A stretch of 63,853 nucleotides of DNA, counting the filler, from Reticulomyxa filosa (lineage: Eukaryota; Protista; Foraminifera), in the NCBI GenBank assembly GCA_000512085.1. It is 23 parts of 23 records of this genome, joined end to end, with 100 filler letters (N's around TTAATTAATTAA, not from the genome) between each part and the next. Parts side by side here need not be neighbours in the genome. Positions count along the whole stretch, not along the records: positions 58,894 to 63,853 come from ASPP01006816.1; 22 more parts are not named here. The stretch is one strand, 5' to 3'. Position numbers and translations under genes: made by a program. Under the pieces are notes generated by a model. The model saw only the letters and a program-made list of their open reading frames with translations, was not told the origin of the DNA and searched no databases. Position 1 is the first letter of the stretch, and each line of letters begins with the position of its first letter. This document shows positions 62,208 to 63,853 of this stretch, in pieces.

Positions 62208-63853
62208 ATGCAACCAACAGATAATAATGAGCGAGGAAGCACAGATTTTGAGAGGTTTAACAGCCTCTCGATGGAGGATGATCAATTGCTAGATGAGCAA
62301 AACTTACACATGGAGCTGGAAATGGAAGCAGACGCTTTGTTTGACGAGTGGTGTGAGAACGGAGCGCGCTCTCCAAAAGACGATGTGGAAAACGAGTGTG
62401 TGCCAAGTATCAATGTGGACAGTACGATAAATGACAGAAGTAGTCAAGTGTTTGGGACAAGTTTTCAAGTACGAAACGTTGGAGTACAGCCAATGTTGAT
62501 CCAACAGCCTTCAATGTACGTAGCGAATCCAATGCAAATGGCAATGACAGTACCAATGTCAATCCCTTTCAATTACACTCTAGCGCCAGCCAATCAAGGC
62601 AATTTCGGCATGGTTGCCGCATCAGCAAATTTTGACGAAATGGACTATGACAAAATTCCCGAGTATGTTCCAAATGACCAAACAGAAGAGATAAATCCAC
62701 CAGTACGTTTGTCGACTCTTTTCTGATATATGCATATACACATATATATATATATATATATGTATATGTTGTATATGTGTATAACTTTTTTTTTTTTAAA
62801 AAAAAAACAAAACAACTTTAGAGAAGCTCGACTTTCTCAATAATGCCGACCGTCCAAACGAATGCAAATGAGTTCAAAGGCGTGATACCAAACGCGAATG
62901 AAATGGCGAAAGGACATGCATCTCCAGTATCCATTCCAGTGGCGGTTCCAGTTCCCCTGGCATTTTCTATTCCAATATCAGCGCCTGTAGCAGTGACATT
63001 ATCGTGCCAACCTCCAGCCGCCATATCCACCCCTGCATCTCTGTCACTACCACCACCACCACCAGCAATAGCAACAGCAACAGCAATGGCAGCTACAACT
63101 TGTTACTCACCAGAAAACTCTGTTGCCGCTTACATCGGACAAAGGAGGCACGACCTACCACAGACATCGCTGTCGGAAGTGTCGCGGAACTTTACGCCAC
63201 CGTTGTATCGAGACTCAAAAAAAGGGGGCGAGCAGCCCTTGTTACCAAATGATTTTTTGGCCTTGCAATCCCCGAACACGCTTCACACAAAAGCAGAAAC
63301 GGACGATCGTCACCATGGTTCGCTGCGTGCTGCAAGTTAATGGGTGAAAAACATAAAATAAATTTAAACAAAATTTTTTTTTTTTTTTTTTTGTTAAATA
63401 TGAGGTATTAGTATTCACGCAAAGTAAAAAAAAAAAAAAAAAAAGGCGAAACAAAAGTAGAAACGGAAGACAGTGTAAGCGTATCGTCGAAACCTTCGGT
63501 ATCGCGGGGCCAATCGTCGAGTATGAGCAGCTGGAATGCGGAGACGAAGAAGAGCAGCGGAACGCAGGTTGGGATGGACATTATGCAGGTGGCGGCGTCA
63601 ATTCGCTCCGATTGGAAGCTGTGGGATGTGTTGTCCGACATAACGAAGTTGTACTCGCAACTGGTGTATTTACCCGTGCTATGGAATATCATGCAAATGG
63701 TTCCCTTTGTGTGGCTTGGCCATTTCATCGGGGTAAGCGACGCGCCGGAAATGCAAAACTACCGTGTCGCACAAATGACGGGGTATTTATTGGCACAATA
63801 CGGTTGCAACCTATTTGGATGTTTGATCATTGTAGGTAAAGTTTTTTTTTTTT
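62208..63853 (+). CDS. MATE-family transporter with a long disordered N-terminus (5' exons; runs off the window)
   Basis: Exons 62208-62703, ~62822-63335, ~63461-63835; ITKLYSQLVYLPVLWNIMQMVPFVWLGHFIG...AQMTGYLLAQYGCNLFGCLIIVG matches the MATE TM1-TM2 pattern (P...GH[LF]G...A...LA....N..G). Confidence 0.62.

Noticed and set aside
1-63853. Alternative nuclear genetic code (stop reassignment) to explain in-frame stops
   Set aside because: Conserved genes end cleanly at TAA, TAG and TGA, and in-frame stops mostly co-occur with frameshifts in decayed loci.
1-63853. tRNA, rRNA, CRISPR or prokaryotic/phage contamination
   Set aside because: No such structures recognised by eye, and the identifiable genes are eukaryote-type, mostly with spliceosomal introns; tRNAscan-SE/Infernal were not run.

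Overview
This is not one locus. It is a pseudomolecule of 23 short, unlinked contigs (about 1-8 kb each), joined by 22 identical 100-bp artificial spacers (N44-TTAATTAATTAA-N44). The DNA is AT-rich, eukaryotic, standard genetic code, with many short GT-AG introns full of poly-A/poly-T and (TA)n tracts. Gene families and style point to a rhizarian, most likely the foraminifer Reticulomyxa filosa (inference from recognition, not a database search). Housekeeping genes or fragments include a CDP-alcohol phosphatidyltransferase, GNAT, SLC35A-like transporter, DCN1, BRCA1-like RING, EEP phosphodiesterase, SUV39-type SET, aldo-keto reductase, cold-shock-domain protein, putative glycosidase, SPF30, ABCA, BEACH-type WD40, DTWD1, a NOT4-type RING and MATE. 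There are six members of an expanded WD40 family, several pseudogenes, a LINE RNase H remnant, and a Tc1 (DD34E-like) transposon family seen on four contigs (transposase remnants and terminal-repeat copies). The best candidate for an undescribed system is the WD40 family. Four copies from two different propeller subfamilies carry the same ~34-aa N-terminal module (E-I-x-x-I-I-x-[HN]-W-I-R-x-x-x-I-K-L-G-W-I-x-D-F-x-K-x-[IV]-x-x-Y). In the two complete copies it lies on a 102-nt phase-0/0 exon. This suggests a lineage-specific F-box/SOCS-box-like adaptor fused to diversifying recognition propellers. Exon boundaries were placed by eye.
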